A stretch of DNA of 64,000 bases from a virus. The position numbers and the translations under genes were made by a program. The DNA lies in the IMG/VR virus record IMGVR_UViG_3300050821_005889; one strand, written 5' to 3'. Numbering within the stretch: position 1 is the first letter of the stretch; every line of letters begins with the position of its first letter. Positions 8,152 to 15,830 of this stretch are shown here, piece after piece. The notes beneath the pieces were generated by a model that ran no database searches, was not told where the DNA came from, and worked only from the letters and a program-made list of their open reading frames with translations.

Positions 8152-8231
8152 TGTGTTAACAGTTTAGTTAGTTTGCAGCCTTTCGGCTGTGTTCACTATT
8201 ATCATTGCGGACTTACAACCGCTAACTGTTT
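8152..8231 (-). repeat. Two-hairpin intergenic element, copy B
   Basis: Contains GTTTAGTTAGTTT, then stem GCAGCC(8175-8180)/GGCTGT(8185-8190) whose loop reads GAAA on the transcribed strand, then GTGTTCACTAT, then stem GCGG(8207-8210)/CCGC(8219-8222) with an 8-nt loop. Confidence 0.55.
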
Positions 8232-8543
8232 TTATAGTAGTTCTTTAGGTATATCCGGCGTTCTTTTATATTCCCACCATTTACTTCCATCATATTCACC
8301 CCTTTCAAGCCACGTACCATCCTTTAACCATACATAGCCAAAAAGCTCCTGCCCTCCATATCCGTTATCGTATTCAAAATCAAGCTGTTTAAAGAAGTTC
8401 ACCTCCTGTTTTTTGGTATGTTTTACAGGGAGTATAACTGTTGCGTGTTGGCTTACGTCCCATTCCTTTCCATGATTAATGCTGGCGCATTTAACAGGTG
8501 CCTTATTTTTGAGGATGTCCTGTAATTCATTTTTTGCGTTCAT
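8232..8543 (-). CDS. Hypothetical protein (103 aa)
   Basis: ORF track. AAACTACT-ATG leader. Confidence 0.6.
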   Translation of the reverse strand: MNAKNELQDILKNKAPVKCASINHGKEWDVSQHATVILPVKHTKKQEVNFFKQLDFEYDNGYGGQELFGYVWLKDGTWLERGEYDGSKWWEYKRTPDIPKELL

Positions 8544-8549
8544 AGTAGT

Positions 8550-8645
8550 TTATTTACCTCCTTTAATCTTTGCCCACCTTGTAATAATGAGGAACATTGC
8601 AGGGAGGCAGGCAAGGATTGTAATGCCTTGTTCTACGTGGTTCAT
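8550..8645 (-). CDS. 31-aa single-TM micro-protein (MNHVEQGITILACLPAMFLIITRWAKIKGGK)
   Basis: Own translation. 4-nt overlap with the upstream stop. Confidence 0.35.
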   Translation of the reverse strand: MNHVEQGITILACLPAMFLIITRWAKIKGGK

Positions 8646-8824
8646 ATTTTTGTTATTTCGGTGACAGGTACGTGTTCTCTATTGCCATTTTCAAACTTAA
8701 TCTCATACCAATCGAGTTCGTTTGGGTCGTTGGTTTCCTTTCCTAACATAATGGTAATAGTTGCAGGCATACCCCACACAGTTACCTTTTCGCTAATATT
8801 ATAATCTATGTTTAACGGGTTCAT
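8642..8824 (-). CDS. Hypothetical protein (60 aa)
   Basis: ORF track. 4-nt overlaps on both sides. Confidence 0.5.
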   Translation of the reverse strand: MNPLNIDYNISEKVTVWGMPATITIMLGKETNDPNELDWYEIKFENGNREHVPVTEITKI

Positions 8825-9024
8825 ATACCCATGAATTTAGCGCCTTGCCTGCTCATTTGCTTTGCCTCTCCAATGGTTTGCTTTGTTAAAGCCCTCCATG
8901 AATGAGGTTGCAGGGGTAGTATTGTGTACATAGCGTACATTTTGGCCTGTTGATTGATACCACGTCTTGTGATAGCCCTTAATGTCATAAGGGTGCGACA
9001 GGTAATAAAGAATTGTGTTTCCAT
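8821..9024 (-). CDS. Hypothetical protein (67 aa)
   Basis: ORF track. Overlapping start and stop codons. Confidence 0.5.
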   Translation of the reverse strand: METQFFITCRTLMTLRAITRRGINQQAKMYAMYTILPLQPHSWRALTKQTIGEAKQMSRQGAKFMGI

Positions 9025-9278
9025 TAGGTTAGTTTTAGTGTTCTTATGACTTTATTGGAGTAGTGCAGTTTTTTGGCTTTTGCTTTATCTTTGTTAAATA
9101 CATCATTATCGTATCTCATGTTAAGACTATGATATACGTCTGCTATTCGTACAATATCAACCCCCGCTCTTGTGTACTTGCCTGTTAGTTCTCTTGCCGC
9201 TTTGTCAATTGCGCACCCATGTTCGGGGTCATAAAAGTCTGTACCTTTAAAATGCTTTGCTTTCAGTTGTAGTTTCAT
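9024..9278 (-). CDS. Small-protein family A, copy 3 (KAKHF...CAIDKAA...VIRTLKL)
   Basis: ORF track. Same motif order as 4357..4677 and 4674..5009. Confidence 0.6.
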   Translation of the reverse strand: MKLQLKAKHFKGTDFYDPEHGCAIDKAARELTGKYTRAGVDIVRIADVYHSLNMRYDNDVFNKDKAKAKKLHYSNKVIRTLKLT

Positions 9279-9283
9279 AACAC

Positions 9284-9454
9284 TTACGGTTTTAGATGTT
9301 GTACGTATGAAGCGAGGGAATAGGTTGCCGGTGTAAGCCCGTACACGTTTATACGCTCCTTAATCATAGGTGTATGCACCTTTACAGGCTGCATTGACTT
9401 AATAGTCTTAAGGGCACTGATACGTGCCTTTTTGCGTGCTTTGCTTGTTCGCAT
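9284..9454 (-). CDS. Hypothetical 56-aa basic protein (MRTSKARKKARISALKTIKSM...)
   Basis: Own translation; below the ORF-track cutoff. Confidence 0.4.
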   Translation of the reverse strand: MRTSKARKKARISALKTIKSMQPVKVHTPMIKERINVYGLTPATYSLASYVQHLKP

Positions 9455-9459
9455 AGGTA

Positions 9460-9801
9460 TTAGTTTATGTAATTAGATTTATTGAGTTTAGGTAATAGTC
9501 CAACGGGATAAGAATCAAAGGATTGCAAGGCACCTGCGAGGGAATTAAGCCCTTTGGATATGCGCATAGCATAGCGCTCCAAATGGAACACACCTTTACT
9601 ATCTTGCCACAGTACCCATTTGCCCGAACGTCCGTTATTGACGCGGGTATGAGTAGTCACACGGGCAACGTTAGCCCTCTTTGATTTAGGTATATTTCGG
9701 TATATACCTACATTGTGTTGAATGTCCATAAATGTAAAAATTAGCATAACAGGCGCGGTTTGACCGTAGTTACTATATGCTTCTATGCCGAATCTTATCA
9801 C
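9460..9801 (-). CDS. Hypothetical protein (113 aa); first gene of the leftward block
   Basis: ORF track. GTG start, so the start position is uncertain. Confidence 0.5.
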   Translation of the reverse strand: MIRFGIEAYSNYGQTAPVMLIFTFMDIQHNVGIYRNIPKSKRANVARVTTHTRVNNGRSGKWVLWQDSKGVFHLERYAMRISKGLNSLAGALQSFDSYPVGLLPKLNKSNYIN

Positions 9802-10423
9802 GGGAGTATCTTGACAATTAACTAAGAATAGTTAACCATGTATAGAAGGTATTTAACAGCCTGTTACGTCTGACTTTATTTATTCCGTTACGGGTGGAAG
9901 GTGAATATATCGACCTTTTAACCTACCTTTGGTTATTGCGCGTTCGGTGGAATCGGACTTGCTTATCCCCTACATTGTGGAACTTAGTTCCTTGCGGCCT
10001 TTTTGCTCTTTATCCTATATACAAGGTATATAGACTTATTACAGTAACGGGAAACGTCCGAAACGAGGCACCCGCTTTGAAACCGTATATTTAGTAGTTA
10101 AGAAAAGGATAGGTACATTTGTAAGCTATTTAACCGCCCTCTTAATGTCCGTTATCATAGTCGAACGATGCAAACATAGTATAGGGAGGTGTACAAAAAG
10201 TAGTACAATAAGTTAGAATGATATATTTAATCGACTAACGGAATAATATAATCGACGAACGTATATATAAATCAGTTAAGCCATATAAGGCACAAAACAC
10301 AAAACAGATCAAAAATGAGGTTTCCGGTATATTAGACAAGGTGTATAGAAGAATGGAATAGCATTAACCATGCCAAACATATTAAAACTTATGCGTCCTA
10401 TATACAGTACAGTGTGTGAATAA

Positions 10424-10891
10424 GTTACCTACCTAATGGCAGGCAGGTACCTATATATTAGTACTCACTTATAATCCCAATACACACAAAGGACTACCCA
10501 TTTTCTACGTCCAAAGGACTACCCCGAAAGCGCTACCATGTGCCACAACAAACCAGCTACCTACAAAAGGGTAACCACAAAGTTACTCATGTATGACAAA
10601 GTGGCAGGATGTAGGAAGGAAAGGAAGGGTAACCTTTTCCCCCTATGTTCCACGTGAAACAGGTTACCTAATTCCTTGTAACCCAATGAGTTACCCAATT
10701 ATAGGTAGTGTTTCACACGTGGTTACCAATGACCTGTTAGACATTTATGACTACCCATAAATAGGTAGGACATGACATAATGTCAGGTAGCCGAAAAGGA
10801 GTAGCCATGACATGGTAGGGCACACAAAAAAAAGAAGTACCCCGAAAGGACTACCCCCACAGGAACCACTTTACCCCTCCCCCCGGTAGCC
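10424..10891. repeat. Array of about 24 short TACC/GGTA-core boxes in both orientations
   Basis: GGACTACCC at 10491, 10516 and 10848 (GACTACCC also at 10749). GGGTAACC at 10569 and 10627. GGTTACC at 10662 and 10721. GGTACC at 10446. ATAGGTAG at 10701 and 10761. CCGAAA(A)G linkers occur 3 times. Confidence 0.7.
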
Positions 10892-11324
10892 GGGGTGGGA
10901 TATAGGAGTATCGGACTCCCGGACAGGGACATGAGCCTTACTCCCTCATAGCCTCCCACCCATTCATGCACCTTCCTTATCCTTCCTTGAGGGTCACAAG
11001 CCTTTTCATTGACGCAGGGCTGTCATAACCTTTCCATATCCCGGCACACCTACGGTAAAGGACACCTTACCCCCTGCAGGGGTACCTGGGGGTCACACAA
11101 GGACGTATAGGGGTCATGGGTATTGAGATGGACAGAAGCAAATCACCTGTGCCCAGGTCGTCTGTAAGGGGACGTAGGAGGGGAATAGAAAAGGATATTG
11201 TCTCTATTATTGTAGCTAAGAGACGAAACCTCATAAAGTATTGATTATCAGTATAGGTCAGTTCAATCGAACTTGATTTTTGTTCAATAGTTCTGAACAA
11301 GTTTGATGTTAGTAACTATTTTAA

Positions 11325-11332
11325 TAGTTTTG
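11325..11332 (+). promoter_or_regulatory. Bacteroidota-type -7 box TAGTTTTG
   Basis: Matches TAnnTTTG. Lies 20 nt upstream of the ATG at 11353. Flanked by three GTTCAAT repeats (11259-11346). Confidence 0.4.
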
Positions 11333-11352
11333 GTATAGTTCAATAATATTGT

Positions 11353-11949
11353 ATGATGATTAGTAATAAATACAGCACAAAGCCGGTATATGTGAATAAT
11401 CCATTTTCTAAGGAAGCAGTTAGTTCTTTTAAATCGGACTGGATAGATTACAGGGAGAAAGGAGTAAGGATGATAGTAGAGGAGACCGGAGAGGTTATGG
11501 ACTTTAAAAAGCCGGAAAGCAGCGTCCAGGTCTTTGAGGATACAGCAAGGTTTGTTAAGTTCTATGCAGGCTTCGGGGAGCAGTTCCGTAAACTAAAAGA
11601 AAGCGGTCAGAGCATCTTCTGGTTTATATTTCTTAAACGCCTTAAGCGCAACAGGGACTTTGTGTATATAGACATGGCTGAATGCGTAGCGTACTGCGGA
11701 TGGAAAAGCAAGACCGGGTTCTACACCGGGCTGTGTGACCTCATTGAACATGATTTCATTGCTAAAAAAGCGCAGGAGGAAAACTGTTTCTTTATTAATA
11801 TCACCCTGTTCTTCAATGGTAGCCGCAAACACTTACAGGTGTTCAGGGATTGGGTAACAGCAGAGAAAGCTAAGGTTCCGCCGGAAGTAAATAAATTACA
11901 AGATAAAAATACAGGTGGGCAATTGGAATCAGAGAAGGGGGGTGAGTGA
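11353..11949 (+). CDS. Putative winged-helix DNA-binding protein (candidate origin/iteron binder); paralog of 15501..15830
   Basis: ORF track. C-terminal block DFVYIDMAECVAYCGWKSKTGFYTGLCDLIEHDFIAKK...CFFINITLFFNG aligns with DYVELKAPKVMKSTGIKSNETYYRSLKTLMERGYIARS...TYFINLNKMFI. Adjacent to the box array. Confidence 0.6.
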   Translation: MMISNKYSTKPVYVNNPFSKEAVSSFKSDWIDYREKGVRMIVEETGEVMDFKKPESSVQVFEDTARFVKFYAGFGEQFRKLKESGQSIFWFIFLKRLKRNRDFVYIDMAECVAYCGWKSKTGFYTGLCDLIEHDFIAKKAQEENCFFINITLFFNGSRKHLQVFRDWVTAEKAKVPPEVNKLQDKNTGGQLESEKGGE

Positions 11950-12214
11950 CCAGTGCGCATCACTTGCAAGGGGGCTTACCACAGAACAAACCCTGGACTG
12001 TCGTCAGGACAGGAACTGGGAACAGTTTGATAAGCTGTCCATTGAAAATAAACTTTATGCCTGCCGCCGGGAAATGGAGTTTTACCTTGAGCATGGATAT
12101 TCTATTTATAAAAAATCATAATTAGTAAACATGATTAAAATTAGTACAGAAATATTTGTTTATTTCAAATAAAGGAAGTAATGTTGCACAACTAACTAAA
12201 CTAAAAAAACGAAA

Positions 12215-12550
12215 ATGGAAGACTGGAATCCCGGAGACACGGCTATCTGTATTGACAATAGCCCAGTAAATGGTGCTGATGGAAACCCATTGCGAAAAGG
12301 GTCTGAGTATATGATACAGGCTATTACAAAGTGCAAATGCGGTGGTACCTTTTTTAACGTAGGAATCTCTTCATCGTCATTTTTTACAAAAACAGGAACA
12401 ACCTTTACCTGTTGCGGGGAAGAAACATCGGATGGCATCTGGTGGTTTGCTGCCAGGCGCTTTACCAAAAAGAAGACTCTACAGGCCACAGAGTTCAAAG
12501 AGGTATCCTACTCTAAAGTAATTGAAACCGAAAAACAAACAGCTAATTAA
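12215..12550 (+). CDS. Cys-rich small protein, tandem paralog 1
   Basis: ORF track. Pattern W-x-xGD...C...Y-I-xAI-xC-xCG...CC...W...RF-xK is shared with 12552..12845. ACTAACTAAAC box at 12191. Confidence 0.6.
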   Translation: MEDWNPGDTAICIDNSPVNGADGNPLRKGSEYMIQAITKCKCGGTFFNVGISSSSFFTKTGTTFTCCGEETSDGIWWFAARRFTKKKTLQATEFKEVSYSKVIETEKQTAN

Positions 12551-12551
12551 T

Positions 12552-12845
12552 ATGGAACAAAATCATAAAGACTGGAAGGTAGGCGACCTGGTTCTTTGTA
12601 TGAATGACTCTTCATTAAACAAAGACCCATCACTACCCTTCTATGGAGTGGAATGCAAGGCAGGATTGATTTATAAAATAAAAGCAATAAGCTATTGCCC
12701 CGGCTGCGGTAATATGAATATAGATATTGGTGCCAGAAATGGTAATGGTATATACGAGACGCATTGCTGCGTCTGTGATGAAAGAACAATTAGCAAGGTG
12801 GGATGGTGTAAAGCGGAGAGATTTTTTAAACTAACTATAAACTAA
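12552..12845 (+). CDS. Cys-rich small protein, tandem paralog 2
   Basis: ORF track frame. ATG at 12552 chosen (MEQNHKDWKVGD), 1 nt after the upstream stop. Confidence 0.6.
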   Translation: MEQNHKDWKVGDLVLCMNDSSLNKDPSLPFYGVECKAGLIYKIKAISYCPGCGNMNIDIGARNGNGIYETHCCVCDERTISKVGWCKAERFFKLTIN

Positions 12846-12849
12846 AAAC

Positions 12850-13008
12850 ATGAACTACAAGAACGTAAGAACATCAGAGGTCATAGGGGTCTCTGATTAC
12901 AATAAACTCTCCACTACCCAGCGCTACCTGTGGCTGGCAACCAAAGACGCGGTGACACATTACCTGGACTTTAATAAGACCGGAGGGTATGTGGCAAAGC
13001 TGATGTAA
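12850..13008 (+). CDS. Hypothetical 52-aa protein (MNYKNVRTSEVIGVSDYNKL...)
   Basis: Own translation; below the ORF-track cutoff. Confidence 0.4.
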   Translation: MNYKNVRTSEVIGVSDYNKLSTTQRYLWLATKDAVTHYLDFNKTGGYVAKLM

Positions 13009-13160
13009 TTTCATGGATAACTGCGAAAATTCAGAACGCCTGGATTCTGTACAGACAACCTATTTTTACAGGTGGGCAGGAAGCCTTATAGACAGAGAAA
13101 TAAAGGCCATACCGGCAGAAAAAAATATATCACAAATACGAATCATTACCAAAGATAAAG

Positions 13161-13454
13161 ATGAAACCAAAGGATAGATGGGACAACCCGGCATTCCCGG
13201 TTGACTTCGCACCGCAGACCACACAGGAAATAGAGAGCTATGCTCAGGACTGTGGTCTTACCAAGAGGGAATATTTCTATGCCAAGACCTTACAAGGGTT
13301 ACTGGCAGATGGTATATATACAAACCCGGCTCTGCAAGAACAGGTAAGAGGACATGGATTTGACCCGGATAAGGATGGGGTCATGGACTCATTGGTTGCT
13401 ATTACAGTGAGTGTAGTGGCAGAAGCAGTATTAAAAGAACTTGAAAAAAGATAA
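13161..13454 (+). CDS. Hypothetical protein (97 aa)
   Basis: ORF track. Confidence 0.55.
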   Translation: MKPKDRWDNPAFPVDFAPQTTQEIESYAQDCGLTKREYFYAKTLQGLLADGIYTNPALQEQVRGHGFDPDKDGVMDSLVAITVSVVAEAVLKELEKR

Positions 13455-13461
13455 AAATAAT

Positions 13462-14343
13462 ATGGGACTTATAAGAGGACACATAAAATCAAGGGGTATA
13501 GAATATGGTATGGCGCATATTGTTTTTGAACCCAGCCCGGATGGACTTTTCGTTAAGGATGAGAGCACTAATTTTATCTCACCATTCATAGAATCAAAAA
13601 AGCCGGACTGCGATAAGTGGCAGAAAGACTTTGAGATACTTAAGTGTAAGAGAGAATGCTATAATTACGCACATATAGGTATACATGATTATAATGAAGT
13701 CTGTTTAGCTCCACCGCAATGTGACATCTGGTCAGTACGCAGGCTAAAGGATAATACGGTATGGACTGTAGGAGACCGGGACAGGCGTTATGGAAAAATA
13801 TCCGGCTTCAATCGGATATGTAATGAAAAAGAAAATTTTGGCGTTCCTTATATCATGGCTCTGTTCGGAGAGCGAACAAAGGTTAACCTGTCCTGCCTGG
13901 AGGTGCCGGAAAAGGTAAAACCTAATAATTGCGTATGCTATGATGAGTACGGAAACCCTTTATATAAAGGAGAAAAAGTATATTGGGTAGACTATCCTGA
14001 AAATTTATTATATAATCTTCCTGCTGAATCCGGCGAATGCTATGCAGAGGATGTGGCAAAATCATTTGAGCTGAACAGACATTATTTTAAATATAAATCC
14101 AATATGGGTACGTGGATAAGTAGTAGGATAAATGAGTTTGGGGAACAGCTTAATAAGTCAGTATGTAAAATAATGACGGTTACATTAAAACATTCATGCT
14201 TTAACGGAACTGGGTATCAGACAACCATGAGTGATATTCCTATTTGCTGGCGTGACAGGGTGAACAAAATGATTGGAGAATCTTACAATGATATGATAAA
14301 TAAACTTAACCTTAACGACATAGAAAAAATAGAAATAAAATGA
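13462..14343 (+). CDS. Hypothetical protein (293 aa from MGLIRGH)
   Basis: ORF track frame. First ATG after the upstream stop is preferred over the TTG at 13441. Confidence 0.6.
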   Translation: MGLIRGHIKSRGIEYGMAHIVFEPSPDGLFVKDESTNFISPFIESKKPDCDKWQKDFEILKCKRECYNYAHIGIHDYNEVCLAPPQCDIWSVRRLKDNTVWTVGDRDRRYGKISGFNRICNEKENFGVPYIMALFGERTKVNLSCLEVPEKVKPNNCVCYDEYGNPLYKGEKVYWVDYPENLLYNLPAESGECYAEDVAKSFELNRHYFKYKSNMGTWISSRINEFGEQLNKSVCKIMTVTLKHSCFNGTGYQTTMSDIPICWRDRVNKMIGESYNDMINKLNLNDIEKIEIK

Positions 14344-14621
14344 GCGAACAAACACATACAAGACCCGACATCATAGCAGAAACAACCTATGAGTCACTAA
14401 CAATAATAAAAGACGCCCTCTTTCGCAAACTCAATCAAAAAGGAAATCACGCCTTCGTTTCCACACATGAAATACTTGGAGTGGTGACAGAGGAGTATCA
14501 TGAGGTCATAGATGCAGTGAAGTATAATAATAAAGATAAGGTGCGCAAGGAGCTTATAGACCTGGCAGTGGCCTGTGTACATGGAATATCTTCGATTGAT
14601 AATGGTAAAATAGATTGGTAG
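14340..14621 (+). CDS. MazG-like nucleotide pyrophosphohydrolase (small all-alpha NTP-PPase type)
   Basis: ORF track. Contains HEILGVVTEEYHEVIDAV...RKELIDLAVACV, which resembles the EExxE...ExxD acidic helix pair of phage MazG-like proteins. Confidence 0.45.
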   Translation: MSEQTHTRPDIIAETTYESLTIIKDALFRKLNQKGNHAFVSTHEILGVVTEEYHEVIDAVKYNNKDKVRKELIDLAVACVHGISSIDNGKIDW

Positions 14622-14665
14622 CAACAAATCATAGTAATTTTTTAAATCGCCTTGAAGAACTTGCC

Positions 14666-14893
14666 ATGTCAAAAGACAATTTAAGAAAGCCTCCTAAACT
14701 TGAGAGCAACGAACCACCACCTTCACCATCTAATCCTAAAAACAATACAGCAATGAACAAACACATCAAAGGCATGACAGCGCCGGGACAATCGTTCAAC
14801 ACCCTATCAAGCGGAGCCAGCTTCACAAAGTCCAATAAAGGCAAAAGGAGCAAGCGCCGGGCACAGAAAAAGTCACGTAAGAAAAACAGGTAA
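14666..14893 (+). CDS. Hypothetical protein with a highly basic C-terminus (KGKRSKRRAQKKSRKKNR)
   Basis: ORF track frame. ATG at 14666 preferred over the TTG at 14615. Confidence 0.45.
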   Translation: MSKDNLRKPPKLESNEPPPSPSNPKNNTAMNKHIKGMTAPGQSFNTLSSGASFTKSNKGKRSKRRAQKKSRKKNR

Positions 14894-14895
14894 TC

Positions 14896-15504
14896 ATGAA
14901 AGCACTAAGACGAAAAGACAATAAAGAATGGGTTGTTTTTAGTGACGCCGGATTCTTTGTATCTAAGTATCCAGATTCGCTTGCGGACGAAGCTACTATG
15001 GAAGGCATTAAAGAATACATAGAAGTATTAGGAGAGCCACTTAGCCAGGAGCTTATTGAATCTCTTGAGCAATACGAAATAGTGGATGTGGAGTTTTGGG
15101 TGCCTGCGGATAACCCGGTACCGGATAGTATTGAAGGAGACATACGAAGCAATCAGGATGAACTACTATTTAAGGGTTACACAAAAATGCCTGTGTATGA
15201 CAAGAAAGCAGATGATGAAAAATCAATGCTTGACATATTGTTGAAGTGGCTTGCGGATGCCAGTGCTTTTGGTTTTGGAAAAGTTCTTATATCGTTTGAC
15301 TCAAAGGATAAGGCTGAAAAATTCAGAACTACACTTAAACAGGAGTTCAAACCTATACGAACACACAAAACTAAAGGTGACGATGTTATGGTTCATGGAC
15401 TTGATAGCCTTTGGTTTGGTAGAGTTGTATTATATTATCCTAATGACAGCGAATGTGACGACCAGATTATTGAAGGAGACATACGAAACGAAATACATCT
15501 ATGA
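14896..15504 (+). CDS. Hypothetical protein (202 aa) with duplicated IEGDIR motif
   Basis: ORF track. A 20-nt exact direct repeat sits at 15129-15148 and 15468-15487, in the same frame. Confidence 0.6.
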   Translation: MKALRRKDNKEWVVFSDAGFFVSKYPDSLADEATMEGIKEYIEVLGEPLSQELIESLEQYEIVDVEFWVPADNPVPDSIEGDIRSNQDELLFKGYTKMPVYDKKADDEKSMLDILLKWLADASAFGFGKVLISFDSKDKAEKFRTTLKQEFKPIRTHKTKGDDVMVHGLDSLWFGRVVLYYPNDSECDDQIIEGDIRNEIHL

Positions 15505-15830
15505 CCATCGGCGACAGTCCATTTAATTATTCTAAATCGCCATCACAGGCCGCAGCATTGCCTAACTCACGCAAGTTGGAAGACCTGTTTTTCAAAGGCT
15601 ACTTCACTATGAAGCCATCCGCCAAAGATGTCCTGATGTATATTGTTGGGGTATTACCTGCTGGTAAGGACTATGTAGAACTCAAGGCTCCAAAGGTCAT
15701 GAAGTCCACCGGCATCAAATCCAATGAGACCTATTACCGCAGCCTTAAGACCCTCATGGAAAGGGGGTATATTGCCAGGTCGCTAAAGCAGGGGACTTAC
15801 TTCATTAACCTCAATAAAATGTTTATATGA
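15501..15830 (+). CDS. Putative winged-helix DNA-binding protein; paralog of the 11353..11949 C-terminal domain
   Basis: ORF track; see 11353..11949. Confidence 0.6.
   Translation: MTIGDSPFNYSKSPSQAAALPNSRKLEDLFFKGYFTMKPSAKDVLMYIVGVLPAGKDYVELKAPKVMKSTGIKSNETYYRSLKTLMERGYIARSLKQGTYFINLNKMFI

Larger units (their letters stand above)
9802..11352. promoter_or_regulatory. 1.55 kb non-coding divergent control region (candidate replication origin and early promoters)
   Basis: No credible ORF here, although the rest of the window is nearly gap-free. It has an AT-rich left part (9840-10440), a TACC-box array (10424-10891) and GC-rich palindromes (10881-10895 CCCCGG-TAG-CCGGGG; 11069-11080 CCCCTGCAGGGG). 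It separates the two divergent gene blocks. Confidence 0.6.

Noticed and set aside
11069-11085. PstI (CTGCAG) and KpnI (GGTACC) palindromes as restriction-related signals
   Set aside because: Such palindromes are expected inside GC-rich hairpins. A single occurrence carries no evidence about restriction avoidance.
9894-11300. ORFs 9894..10094, 10783..10971 and 11067..11300 inside the coding desert
   Set aside because: They are short and of odd composition (Gly/Pro/Ser/Leu runs generated by the repeat boxes and palindromes). They lie on alternating strands with no leader motif.
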